A DNA stretch of 63,865 nt, filler included, from Octopus bimaculoides (GCF_001194135.2; 7 parts of 7 records of this genome joined end to end with filler, not necessarily neighbours in it); one strand, 5' to 3'; positions 38,621-51,725 are shown, numbered from the whole stretch's first letter. Numbers and translations are program-made. The notes: generated by a model not told the origin, from the letters alone.

Positions 38621-38762
38621 AGAATAATGCTAATAATATAGCCTGAACAGGATAAACTATCCCTATTTTGCAGAGAAAAGTGTAGGTAGCTAGCCACCTA
38701 CACTTTTCTCTGCAAAATAGGGATAGTTTATCCTGTTCAGGCTATATTATTAGCATTATTCT
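38621..38762. repeat. Perfect 67-bp inverted repeat with an 8-nt spacer
   Basis: 38621-38687 is the exact reverse complement of 38696-38762. Confidence 0.95.
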
Positions 38763-40195
38763 AATACTATTGTTATTATCAATGTTAGTATTCTTACTGT
38801 TATTATTATTATTAATACTTCTATTGTTACTTGTATTATTATTATTAATATTATTATTATTATTATTATTATTTTCATTTTTATTGTTTATGGTAATGTT
38901 ATTGTTTCCAGTATCAATGTTAATATCATCATTACCATTACTATAATTATCATTATTATAGCTAATATTGTTGCTATATATGTTTGTGTTGTCTATGTTA
39001 TTTTTCCTACTCATATAGAAACTATCTAGCTTTCTATTGTTAATTGAGGAGATTATGGTAGCCAGGTTGTGCGTTAGGCTATATCCTATTCTTACTGTTC
39101 TATTATTAATTAACTCCCAATATTTATTTTTTCCTCTTACAAAGTGTTTATTGATTATACTGAAGATTGTTTTTACTATGTCATTTTTTCATTGCTATAT
39201 AAATTTAGGGTAAAATAACCCCCTTTTACCCGCACCCACTTATTGCACTTGGTATAACACTCGTGTAACAATAATTGGGTACCCTCCCAGCAGCATATTG
39301 GATAGATACTATCCCTTAGTGGGTTGAATCCTCAACTCCNNNNNNNNNNNNNNNNNNNNNNNNNNNNNNNNNNNNNNNNNNNNNNNNNNNNNNNNNNNNN
39401 NNNNNNNNNNNNNNNNNNNNNNNNNNNNNNNNNNNNNNNNNNNNNNNNNNNNNNNNNNNNNNNNNNNNNNNNNNNNNNNNNNNNNNNNNNNNNNNNNNNN
39501 NNNNNNNNNNNNNNNNNNNNNNNNNNNNNNNNNNNNNNNNNNNNNNNNNNNNNNNNNNNNNNNNNNNNNNNNNNNNNNNNNNNNNNNNNNNNNNNNNNNN
39601 NNNNNNNNNNNNNNNNNNNNNNNNNNNNNNNNNNNNNNNNNNNNNNNNNNNNNNNNNNNNNNNNNNNNNNNNNNNNNNNNNNNNNNNNNNNNNNNNTATA
39701 TATATATATATATTACCAGCTGTAGAAACACTGCCAGATCAGACTGGGGCCTGGTGCAGCCTCCTGGCTTCCCAGACCCCAGGTGAACCGTCCAACCCAT
39801 GCCAGCACGGAAAGCAGATGTTAAATGATGATGATTATGATCTGGCAGTGTTTCTACAGCTGGATGCCCTTCCTAACGCAACCACTCCAAGAGTGTAGTG
39901 GGTGCTTTTTATGTTCCACAGGCACACACACGTATATGTATTATATATATATATATGTATTCTTTTATATGTTTCATTCCAATGACTGCAGCCATGCTGG
40001 AGCACTGCCATTGTATATATATATATTATTACAATTAAAAGGGTAAAGTATTATCAATTTATTAATAAATTAATAATTAATAATTTTTACCAAGCCCTTC
40101 GGTATGTAAGCACCATTATCGGTGTGGAACTTATTTAAAAGTTCTTATACATTTATAAACAAAATTAAGGGTTCAGTCGAATTTACAACAGGAAT

Positions 40196-40255
40196 ATCAT
40201 ACCGATGAGGTAATGAAGAGTTTTTATGCTCCTAAACCAGAAACATGTCTATGAT
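40196..40255 (+). ncRNA. Degenerate type-I hammerhead-like motif
   Basis: ATCATA-CCGATGA-GGT...ACC-A-GAA-ACATGT-C-TATGAT: 6-bp stem I, GUC triplet, U4C change and an extra A before G12. Confidence 0.55.
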
Positions 40256-40329
40256 TAACTATGGCTAGTTTAGTTCGTTATTTTTCTTCTTGTTTTGCCT
40301 ATGTGAGTTGCGGGTAACTNNNNNNNNNN

Positions 40330-40373
<44 letters not shown>

Positions 40374-40660
40374 TATACATATATTTATTATATATATATA
40401 TGTGTGTGTGTATTACTATCCCTAAAATAATCCTTCCTTTTCACTACAGCTTTTTACTGCTATCTCTACTCCTTAGGCTGAAAATGCCCATTCATAACGT
40501 CCACTTCCAGCTGTATATCTATACGAGACCTTTAGTACAGGTTTTCCTCTCAGACTCTCATGCAGTCTATTCCAGTATTTGGTGACTGCTGGCACCCACG
40601 ATTTGCACAGCTAAGCTAAGATATTCTCTCATTTTTTTGATCACTTCATTCATTCATCTC

Positions 40661-40692
<32 letters not shown>

Positions 40693-40830
40693 TTATTTAT
40701 ATAAGGGCATTACTATATAAGAATGCCTCACGCTAAGAGGGACTCTAAGGTCAAACTATCATAATAAACACATTTTTACTGAACGCGAGGAAATGCAACT
40801 CACAAAGCTAGCCCCTTAAAAACAGACTGA

Positions 40831-40891
40831 ATTATAGATCATGATTTTGTAGTTATTGTAGTATTATACAACTTCTACTCATCAGTATAAT
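40831..40891 (-). ncRNA. Type-I hammerhead-like motif with a single G12A change
   Basis: ATTATA-CTGATGA-GTAG...CTAC-AAA-ATCATGAT-C-TATAAT: 6-bp stem I, 4-bp stem II, 8-nt palindromic stem III; CG>CA is consistent with CpG decay. Confidence 0.6.
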
Positions 40892-41514
40892 ATGGTCAAG
40901 ATACATAGAAATAAACAGAAAATCAACATACCAAACGAACACCATGTATCCAGTATAGTACATAGAAAATTGTTTATCCCTATATACCTATGTAAGTGGC
41001 GGGCTTTTTGAATTACATTTCGGTACATATGTTTTTTTCAGAATAAATTCAGCACTGAATATATTCTGGTTATATATTTAAATTCAATAATAGGATGGAT
41101 TCTTTTACAAGAATTCATCAAGTAGCTAGCGTGAAAAAACCTCATAAGGGAAAAAATCCANNNNNNNNNNNNNNNNNNNNNNNNNNNNNNNNNNNNNNNN
41201 NNNNNNNNNNNNNNNNNNNNNNNNNNNNNNNNNNNNNNNNNNNNNNNNNNNNNNNNNNNNNNNNNNNNNNNNNNNNNNNNNNNNNNNNNNNNNNNNNNNN
41301 NNNNNNNNNNNNNNNNNNNNNNNNNNNNNNNNNNNNNNNNNNNNNNNNNNNNNNNNNNNNNNNNNNNNNNNNNNNNNNNNNNNNNNNNNNNNNNNNNNNN
41401 NNNNNNNNNNNNNNNNNNNNNNNNNNNNNNNNNNNTTTTTATTGCTTTTTCATGATTGGACACTAAACTCTGTTGGAGTAAGTGAAATCGAAATCATAAT
41501 TGAACCAAATTCAA

Positions 41515-41920
41515 TGACTGGCACCCATGCCAGTGACACATAAATAGCACCATTTGAGCGTGATCGTTACTAGCATCGCCTTCTAGCACTTGTGCTGGTG
41601 GCACGTTAGAAAATCATTTGAGCGAGGTCGTTGCCAGTGCCGCTGGACTGGCTCCTGTGCAGGTGGCATGTAAAAAACACCTTTTTGAGCATGGCCGTTG
41701 CCAGTATCGTGTGACTGGCCCTCGTGCTGGTGGTATGTAAAAGCACCCACTACACTCTCAGAGTGGTTGGCGTTAGGAAGGTCATCTAACTGTAGAGACT
41801 CTGCCAGATCAGATTGGAGCCTGGTGCAGCCATCTGCTTCGCCAGTCCTCAGTCAAATCATCCAACCCATGCTAGCATGGAAAGCAGACGTTAGACAATG
41901 ATGATGATGATGATGATGAT
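41515..41920 (+). mobile_element. SINE-like family C with about four tandem 5' units
   Basis: Repeated TTGAGC...GTTGCCAGT...GTGC.GGTGGCA.GTAAAA units, then the core and a (GAT)n tail. Confidence 0.88.
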
Positions 41921-43570
41921 GGTGCCTCTACCTGGCACAAAACCAAACTGCATCTCATCTAAGCAGACTCTCTCCCTAATTAGTTGGGCTATGACCCTCT
42001 CCACAACCTTCATCACCTAATCCAGCAGTTTGCTACCCCTGTAGTTATTTTTATCTAATACATCATCATAACTGTGGTGCTGCTATGCCAGTCATTGGGT
42101 ATGACTCCTTTGTGAACTACATGGCCTTGAGTCTAAAGTCACCCATAGGTGACTAGACCATAACCCACACCACCAGATATTTTAAACATTTCAGCAGTGA
42201 TTCCTGATGGGCCAAGGGCTTTTCCTGACTTCGTATCTTTAATTGCTTTATCTACCAGGGTGCAATCGATTCTGGTAGCTGCTCTTCGACTGGGTCAACA
42301 TTTGGCAGGATCTCCTCCTCCCATTTGTTCTCCACTTTCAGCAGCCTTTTATAATGGCATCTCTAAGCCTCTTTCTTTGCAGAATCATTAAAAGCAAGTG
42401 CAGACACATTTCTCTCCTGCAACATCACAATTTTCTCTCACACACTGTCTTGCAATCTGAAATACTTCAGTTCTTTGGTCCTTGCATCACTGAACATTGG
42501 TAAAGTTCTTTTCTGCTTCTCCCTTGGCTATATATACCTGTCTCCTAGCTTCCCTTCTGGGTATCTGGTACAGTTCCCTGTTACCCCCACTCTTCCAGGT
42601 TTTCCAAGTCTTTGTTCTAATGGCTTCCAAGTTTTCCAAGTCTTTGCTCTAATGGCTTTGTCTACTGTACTATTCCACCACCACGTAACTCTAGGTCTGG
42701 AAGGGACTTTACACCAGCTGCAGATTTGGTCTGTGGTGCTCAGTAAGCTGTCCTGTAGAAATTTCTAGTTACCCTCTATGTCCCAAATCTGTAGCTCCTC
42801 CTCTCTCTCATCAAATTTTGCAATGAGGATGTCCTTAAATCTCTGACCATGTGAAGGGTTCTTCAGCTTCCAAATCCCTCTTTTCTAGATTGGTCTGTTT
42901 CTTGGCATCCTTCTGGCCTTGAGTCTAAAGTCATATTCTAAAGTCTAAAGTCACATTCTTTGCCTGTATTTGTATTTAAGAGCAACCATGTATTTTGCTG
43001 TCTGGTGAGGATAAAATCAGTCTCGCTGGCAGAGTCGCCTGATTGACAGGTTATCAGGTGGTTGTCTGGCTTCCTGAAGTTGGTGTTGCAGATTAATAGG
43101 TTGCTTGCATCACAGAACTCCAGTAGCCTAGTTCCATCTTCATTTCAGGAACCAATTCCATGGCACTCATGAACACCATGGAAGATACCAGATTGTCGTC
43201 CGATATGCCCATTAAAATCTCCAGCCACAAAGATGAAGTCTTTGCCACTTGTCTCTTTGAGGTAGCCTGTAGAAGGGTATCATAAAAGTGGTCCTTCTGG
43301 TAAGTCTGCTTGTGGGGTGTAGGCAGAGATAATTGTAGCTATACCATTCAGCAAGACTAGCCTGAGCTTAAGCACTCTATCACATACCCTGACTACCTCT
43401 ATGACCTTATTCACCCATTTCTCTGCAAGGAGTATGCCTAGACCATCTACTCTGTCATTGTTACTTTTCCAGAAGATTTTATAACTATGTGCCTTGCCTG
43501 TCAAGAACCTTGACTGAAGCTCCTCTCCACCGTACCTCTTGTATGCATCAACATATCTCCATTCAAGCAT
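41921..43570 (-). mobile_element. RTE LINE fragment: APE endonuclease to the start of RT, decayed
   Basis: GLGILLAEKW...VCDRVLKLRLV...IISAYTPQ, FVAGDFNGHIG, NYRGSKLLD and MQFGFVPGRGT motifs, with stops. Confidence 0.88.
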
Positions 43571-44304
43571 CTCTACAATCTTACGATCTCACTTTTAACC
43601 TGTCATCATTCAAACATTCAAGCATGTTAAAATTGTCGCCCCTATTGGCTGTAGGAGTAAGTGTTAGCAGCGTTGTAAATATAAGCATTATGAACATCAT
43701 AAATTTAAGCATTACTGGTGCTGCAGATATAAATATAAATAAATGAATAGATAAAAGTAAATATGAATATCAATAGGCCAATCTTAGATTAAGTAGGTGG
43801 GTAGCTAAACTAGTTGCATTTGCCCCAGAAGAGGGAGGTGAAATTGCAAGTATGATAGAGGAGACCACCAGTGAGGGAGGGGGTTTCCAGTGAGAGAAGA
43901 GAGATATCCAGTATTGGTGGTGGGGTGGGAATGGGCGGGTGCACCCAGAACAAGCAAGGGTTAATTTAAGAGATTAGTACGAAAAATTCTGTAGCCAACT
44001 TGTGAACACAAGAGGGAAGGCAAGCTAAAGGTGTTAGAGAGATATCATTTGGAAATTACATGAAGAATTAAGGAGAAAACTAAGGCTGAGAGACAGATTA
44101 GGAAGATANNNNNNNNNNNNNNNNNNNNNNNNNNNNNNNNNNNNNNNNNNNNNNNNNNNNNNNNNNNNNNNNNNNNNNNNNNNNNNNNNNNNNNNNNNNN
44201 NNNNNNNNNNNNNNNNNNNNNNNNNNNNNNNNNNNNNNNNNNNNNNNNNNNNNNNNNNNNNNNNNNNNNNNNNNNNNNNNNNATATATATACATATACAT
44301 ATAT

Positions 44305-44605
44305 TATAGTCTACCAGGCCAACCACAGCCTTGTGAGTTGATTTCGAATGCAGGAACTGAAAGACGACTGTATATATGTGTATATTTGTGTGTGTCTGTC
44401 TGTCTGTGTCTGTGTTTGTACCCCCGCCATTGCTTGACAAATGATGTTGCTGTCTTTACATTCCCATAACTTAGCAGTTCAGCAAGAGACACTGATAGAA
44501 TAAGTACAAGGCTTACAAAAAATAAATCCCATGATCAATTTGTTGAACCAATGACAGTGGTCTAGCATGGATGCAGTCACATGACTGAAATAAGTAAAAC
44601 AATAA
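44305..44605 (+). mobile_element. SINE family A, 5'-truncated; opposite-strand pieces at 44700-44900
   Basis: CCTTGTGAGTTGATT...GATAGAATAAGTACAAGGCTTAC...GACTGAAATAAG. Confidence 0.8.
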
Positions 44606-44631
44606 AAAAACTATTTTAAAAACATTTTAAT

Positions 44632-44660
44632 CCCGAGCAAGGCTGGGTGTCTCTGCTAGT
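44632..44660 (+). mobile_element. Helitron-like 3' terminus remnant
   Basis: Hairpin CCCGAGC-AAG-GCTGGG followed 8 nt later by CTAG-T. Confidence 0.45.
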
Positions 44661-44665
44661 ATATA

Positions 44666-44703
<38 letters not shown>

Positions 44704-44959
44704 TCTTTTACTTGTTTCAGTCATTTGACTGCAGCCATGCTGGAGCACTGCCTTTTGTCGAGCAAGTCGACCCCAAGACTTATTCTTTGTAAGCCTAGTA
44801 CTTATTCTATAAGTTCCTTTTGTCGAACTGCTAAGTTACGGGGACGTAAACACACTAGCATTGGTTGTCAAGCGATGTTGGGGGGGAAAAACACAGATAC
44901 ACAAACACATACACACACATATATATACATATACATATATACANNNNNNNNNNNNNNNN

Positions 44960-44995
<36 letters not shown>

Positions 44996-47851
44996 CACAT
45001 ACACTCACACACATACACACATATATATATAATATATGCATATATTTATTTATATATATATATATATTCTTTTACTTGTTTTAGTCATCTGACTGCACCC
45101 ATGAATATAATTTTAATTTTATCTTAAATGCATTTAACTTATACTTTAAATATATTCAACAAAATAATATATGAGTTAGTTCATATTGAATAAACTTGTA
45201 AAGTTTTTCGTACTTATATAAACATATTTACAGATTTGCCATTGACTGGTGAATAAGGTTTTTTTTTTAATATCTTTAATAAATTTTATTTACATAATAT
45301 ATTATTTACATTTCTTCTGTTTTGGGTTGTTTTTTTTAATGTATGAATACATAAAAATAATATAAGTACATAAATTTGCAAAAGTTTTATTTTCCTCTGA
45401 AAATATATAATAAATTTTTATTAAGTTATTTTACGTACACATTAGTACAAATAACAAAAAATAATGAGTATAATAGAATTTGATATTGTTTATGTTGGCA
45501 TAGTGAGAGTTTTTCTGAAATAATTTTTGTGTAAATAATAAATATTGGAGTTTATTTGAGAATATATTTAGTGAATTTATATTATGCTAATGTGTGTTTG
45601 CAGAATTTTTATTTTTTTCAAACGTATTGATACTTACATATAATATATTTGCATGAGTTTATTTCCTTTTATAAAACTAAGTAACTTTTGATTGAATGTA
45701 CACATTACTATGGATAATAAATAACGACTATAGTATAATTTATAAAATTAATTATAATATCATTTAGTGTTTGCAATGGTTGGGATAAAGGATATTTTTC
45801 TTAGAAAATTTTTTTGTGTATGTTGTAATTTTCTTAACATCAATATTTACTGTTTCACAATAGATTAATTAACAAATCATTTCTGTTTTAAAATACTAAC
45901 TTGCAGAAATATACTTAAATTAATATTCTTAAATATACACACACATATTTAATAACAGTTATATTAGGTTTTGTTTTATTTTATTTATTTTTCTTTTAAA
46001 TTAAATTATTGATGCTCACACTTACAAACATAAACATATATTGATTCAGTCTATTTTGCGATTTGAAGCTTCATATGTGGTTTGCGTCTGTTACCCTGAT
46101 GACATTCTTATCCAAAATATTTCCATAACATGCATTTTATAAATTTGTTGGATTTTGGGTTTGAATTGAAACAATTGTAGGGATTATATTTATATTTAAT
46201 TTTATATTTTTATATTATTGTAATTATAATATTATGTTAACAAATTAACATGTCAATTTGAATTCTCCATTTTCTTTTATTATTGTATATTGTGTATATA
46301 TGTCCATTTATATTGGAGAAATTTTTCTACTATATATATATATGTATGTACACACACACATAATAACAAGACAACACAGCACAAGATATTTTACATTTTG
46401 GCATCTTAATATAGAATCTGTTATAAAAAGGACAATGGATATTAATTACAAAAACCATTTAAAAGATCCATTAATGCCACTAAGAATTAATTTGAAAGAA
46501 GAGTGAGAAGAATAACAATTGAAACATTTTAAGCCATGTCTTTGATTCAAGCTTTGGAAATATCTAGTCTGTTATTTTGATCAATATTTCACTTCATAAC
46601 TTGTCGTGTTTTATATGAAGAGAAGCTGCTGTTCTGACATTTTCGGTTACATTGTTGGTATGAGTAGATTAGTTAGAAGTATACTGGTTGTCAACTCTGG
46701 GAAGATGATCAAAAGTCTGTTTACAACTCATAAGCAGCAACAAGTTGTAGTTTTGATGACAACTGGGTGATAGCCTGCTATGGTACTTGATAGCAATACT
46801 CATAAAGTTGACACTGTTCTCTTGAACCATGTTTGACTGTAACAATGGTGTACAAAAGCATTTGCATGTTTCCAGTATATATCCCCTATCAGTTTTATCC
46901 TCAAAAATTGGGATTTCGGATTTGACCAAATTATATGATGTAGATGATCGGAGTGGTGGTGGAGGAAAATATGGGAATGTGAAAATGTCTCACCAACAAG
47001 GGAGCCTTGTACCAATGAGACAAGTTTGGTTTGGTAACTAAAATGCTTGTGTATTTATTGTCTCAAAATGGTTCAAAAGCTATCATTTTCTCTCCGTGCA
47101 TCTTTAGGCACCAAAACAATGTAGATGAAAGCAGCAATTGCTAATTATCAAAAGTCATATAGCAGGTATGGTCTGTCTGTTAAAATGACTTCCACTAAAA
47201 GGAAACTAAACACAATAACCTTTTAATTCAGGGAGATAACATAAATGATTGAAATCAATAAATTCTCTAATTCATTACAAATATTTTAAAATCATTGAGA
47301 AGACACCTATATCATTTTATCATTATTATGTTTTTTTGGGTTTTTTTTCTTTTTGCAGATTTTAACATAATTACACCAAATGCCAGTAAGTAATGATACA
47401 TTTTTTTATTATTCCTAATTAATCTTTCCTTTAGATATTGTACTCTTTGTACAGAATATATTAAAGACTTTCACAAATGGCTCTTAAAAAGAAATTGTTT
47501 TTAAACATGTTTCATTTTAAAACTTGTTTCACCTAAATAGCTGAAAATCATTTGTAGAAGAGAAAATGAGAGGCACTGTGTGGTGTAATCAGGAATGCAA
47601 TTAACTAGTATCCGCTAGATATGTATAGTTGTGTTCCATTTGTAAGTTTTGGAAAAGATTCTGAAGTAATAATAATTTTCAGTGGGAGAGGCTACTTGAC
47701 CTGAAGAAAATTCTAACTGGGCCCCACCTGCAAGGTCATGTGCTGTTTGCCTGATATTTTTCACTCCTGTCTCACGATTTAGGCATTTGCTGTCTCATTC
47801 AATTTTGTTACCGAAATCCCAAAGAATATTCTCCTCGTGATGTATTTACTG

Positions 47852-47883
<32 letters not shown>

Positions 47884-48228
47884 NNNNNNNNNNNNNNNNN
47901 NNNNNNNNNNNNNNNNNNNNNNNNNNNTTAATTAATTAANNNNNNNNNNNNNNNNNNNNNNNNNNNNNNNNNNNNNNNNNNNNGACTGGCTTCAGGAAAC
48001 AAATGAAATTAATTGATATTCTTAAAAAGCAGAAGGTAGGTTTGCAGAAGAATCTCCTTTCATTTTTTTTCCCCCTCAGACACAGGCTAAATGGTATGGG
48101 GGTAGTCAGCACTAGACTTGGACTGGTAATTTTATTTTATCTCCCCAGGAAAGATGAAAGGCAAAGCTGGCTGTGACAGAATTTGAACTCAAAATGCAAA
48201 GAGCCAGAAGAAATGTCACTATGCATTT

Positions 48229-48259
<31 letters not shown>

Positions 48260-48264
<5 letters not shown>

Positions 48265-48478
48265 GTTTCAAATTTTGCCACAAGGGCAGCAATTTTGGGG
48301 GAGGGGATGAGTCGATTACATTAACCCCAGTGTTTAACTGGTACTTATTTTATCGATCCCAAAAGGATGAAAAGTAAAGTCAACCTCAGCGGATTTGAAA
48401 CTCAGAACATACCAATGGGCGAAATATCGCTAAGCATTTCGTCCAGCGCACTGACAATTCTGCCAGCTCGCTGCCTTA
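48260..48478 (-). mobile_element. SINE family B, with a partial copy at 48130-48230
   Basis: Matches 2168-2383; (AAT)n on both sides. Confidence 0.82.
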
Positions 48479-48504
48479 ATAATGATGATAATAATAATAA
48501 TAAT

Positions 48505-48840
48505 GCAGGCTCTCATGGCTTCTGATCTTAACTGGCTGGAAGTGTTGCCATGTACATTGTTTTGTCTTGGTATAAAGGATGGGCTACAGCAAATATTCTG
48601 CTCAATACCCCAGATTTGCTTGTCAGTTGTTTGACCTTAACCAGTTGAGCATGTCCCTTGGTGGCTGACGATATATGCATCTCTGATCATGAGCAGAAGT
48701 AGTGGAGGAGCATCATAGCCGTGTGTTGAGAGGAATTCTTTGGAGTTTGAATAATTCACCTCTGGAAACATGGGTGTTTCGTTCAACATCCTTAAACAAC
48801 TGTTATTCAGGGACCTTTTGAGTGGGATGGGCTACTCGAC
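48505..48840. mobile_element. Family D copy
   Basis: Near-identical to 1610-1940. Confidence 0.8.
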
Positions 48841-49965
48841 CCACACAATCACATTGATGTTATTGGCAGACACCAACATGAAATTGAGGAACTAGCAAAG
48901 CGAATGAGAATCAGAGATTCTTGGTGTATCAAGATGAAAAAGCATCTTGGTTGCAAGCTGGTGGGAAGCAGAAGAGAATGGGAGAGGAGACGGAGGATGA
49001 GAGGGAGATGGGAGGAGGGGGATGGAAGGAAAAGATGGAGTTTACCTTTAATTATAGATTTGCTTGATCAGGGTTAATATGGAGGAGGATAAACAATAAC
49101 AACAAGATATCACTGAATTTGAGTTGACCAGATCCTCGTTAAATATGCGATGCCAAAGGCACAGGATTATTTTTTGTGTGTATGGTGTGAATATCTTTGT
49201 AACATGTTTCAGTAATTTTCCCCGTTTATTTTCAGATGCATATCGAAGCTTCAAAAATGTTAACTTTTACAGAAGAAGAGTTTGTAAAAGCAATGGAATG
49301 GGAGACATAAGTAGTTGCAAGAAATCATATTTAGAGAACATAAAAGCGAAAGAAAGAAAGAAAGAAAGGAAGGAAGGAAGAAAAAGAAAGGAAAAAAAGA
49401 AAGAAAAAAACCTCATGTCATTATGTCATTATACCATTATGCTGTCATACTATTGTGCTAGTTTACCATTTTCCATTAAACCATTATGGAACCATGGCGT
49501 TATAGCAAAAAGAGCCTGAACTATGGGGTGGGATTCTGTCTAGGATCTATTTTTTTATAGAAAATATAAAAGTGAGATGAATGTGAGAATTCTTTCTCTG
49601 AATACTTCCAACTATCATCATCATCATCATCATCATCATCCTCATCATCATCCTCATCATCATCAGCAGCAACTATGATCTGTGATAATCAATAACTGTT
49701 AAATATACGATTGATTTAAGTGCACAAATCAAATTTTGTTAGGAAGAAATGGTGAAAGGTAAACTCAAAAAGAACTGGACTGAGACCCTAGAAGGGAGAA
49801 ACTAAACACTACAAGGTATTCAGTCCAATTTATATACACACACACACACATATATAAATATATATATAAATACACACATTAAACCATCTTTCCTTCCCTG
49901 AGCATCTGCTAATACTTTACATGTACCAAGTCCTTGCGTTGTTTTTTTTTGTGTTTTTTGGGATT

Positions 49966-50048
<83 letters not shown>

Positions 50049-51469
50049 TTTATATAGCAAGTGAATTGGGGTAAATGACTATAGTTGCTGACATGGTTAC
50101 AGCATTGCACGTGATTGGTTACATTGAATTATGATGAAACAATTGTAAACAAAATATTAAAAGAATTTGCTAACTCTAATCTTTGATAATTTTCATTATA
50201 CGCATGTATGTGTATAAATATAAAAACACACACAAGGTCATATGTACATGCAAACACATGCATACATACATACAGTATTTTCATTATTAATTAAATGCGT
50301 ATTTCTGTAAGCTAATTATAATTGTTTTTTAACATGACCTTTGGCTATTAAAGCTCTTCATTTTGTTTCTTCCAAGCAGAGTTCATTAGAATTCTTAACA
50401 TTTTCAGCTCATTTTGTTCCCTTCTGCTGTTAATCCTAATATTTCCCTAGTTTTATAACCAATCAATTTCTGGTTAAATAAACAGTAACAAGGAACTAAT
50501 TTTCTGAGGAAATTATTTACACCAGTTATTTTATTGCTGAGAGTGCTAAGAACATGAGCTGACATTCAGAAATGATGTATTAAATATATGTGTATATTTA
50601 CCTTAATAAGTATGAAATAATTTTATTTTCCAGCAGTCTTTCATTTTAGCCATCATTATTTTTCATTATATTATATTAGTGCTCTAAACATGGATTCATT
50701 TCATGTTTATCAACCTCTTTCCCAAGGTGCTTCACATGAAAAAATGAATTTGGTTTTATTTCCATATCACACACACACACACACGCGCGCACACACACGC
50801 ACGCACACATTACGCAATGAAGGCAAAAGTATATGTGATAGAGAGAAACACATAAATAGCTACATAGTTATTCTCTCTCTTATACATACTTGCATATATG
50901 TATGTGTATATATATACACACACATATATATATATATATATATCAAATATATAATCTACATATATACATATATAATATGATATAATATGTGTGTTCATGT
51001 ATGTGCATATATATGTATTTAAATAAAGTCTGTACATATGTGTGTGTTTATGAATATATTTTTGTATATATATTTATGTACTTATGTGTATATGCATATA
51101 TATATATATATTTATGTATATATTTTGTATATGTGCATAGGAATATAATGTATACACACACACACACACACACATATATAATATATACACACATATATGT
51201 ATGTGTCTATGTGTGCACGTGTGTGTGTATACACATATATATATATAATATACACATAAATGGTATTCTAATAAAAATACTTTCATAAGCTGTGCATTCC
51301 TGAGGCCTATATTATTTTCTGGTTGATACAGTAAAAAGAAAAACATAGATAAAAAAAAATACTCACACACACATGCACATATGTATGCATGTATTGTACG
51401 TATATTGATGTAACCAGAGAAAGGAAAGCTTCCCTGCTTGCTGGAGGTTAATTCATGGGAGAGAATAAG

Positions 51470-51725
51470 AAGTCTTTATGGATCCCCAAACTATTACATG
51501 TTCAGCTTTTCTTGCTTGTATCAAAGCAATGAGATATGAAGCAATTAATTCAGTTATCGCATGGCTATAAGACATAGATGACAATTCAATTGAAAGATAT
51601 GTTAGATGAACTTGTATTTTTGCAGAAGAGAAAACCTTGTTTGATGCCAAATTTAACATCCAAAATAAAAATTCACACATACTAAGCAAAAATAGTAGAC
51701 TCAACAAAAATACTAAAAATTGGGC
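51470..51725 (+). pseudogene. Possible highly decayed mariner-type transposase fragment
   Basis: IFAEEKTLFDAKFNIQN resembles the FSDEK..F..QN first-Asp motif of DD37D transposases; stops present. Confidence 0.3.

Larger units (their letters stand above)
38000..39240 (-). mobile_element. Penelope-like retroelement fragment (RT-EN linker plus GIY-YIG endonuclease)
   Basis: KTIFSIINKHF...RIGYSLTHNLATIISSINNRKL linker; an Asn-rich low-complexity tract; then the EN domain. Confidence 0.85.

Noticed and set aside
46700-47040. Kinase-like LKNWDFGF or GCLM-like KIGISDL peptides
   Set aside because: Short matches in different frames surrounded by stops; consistent with chance.
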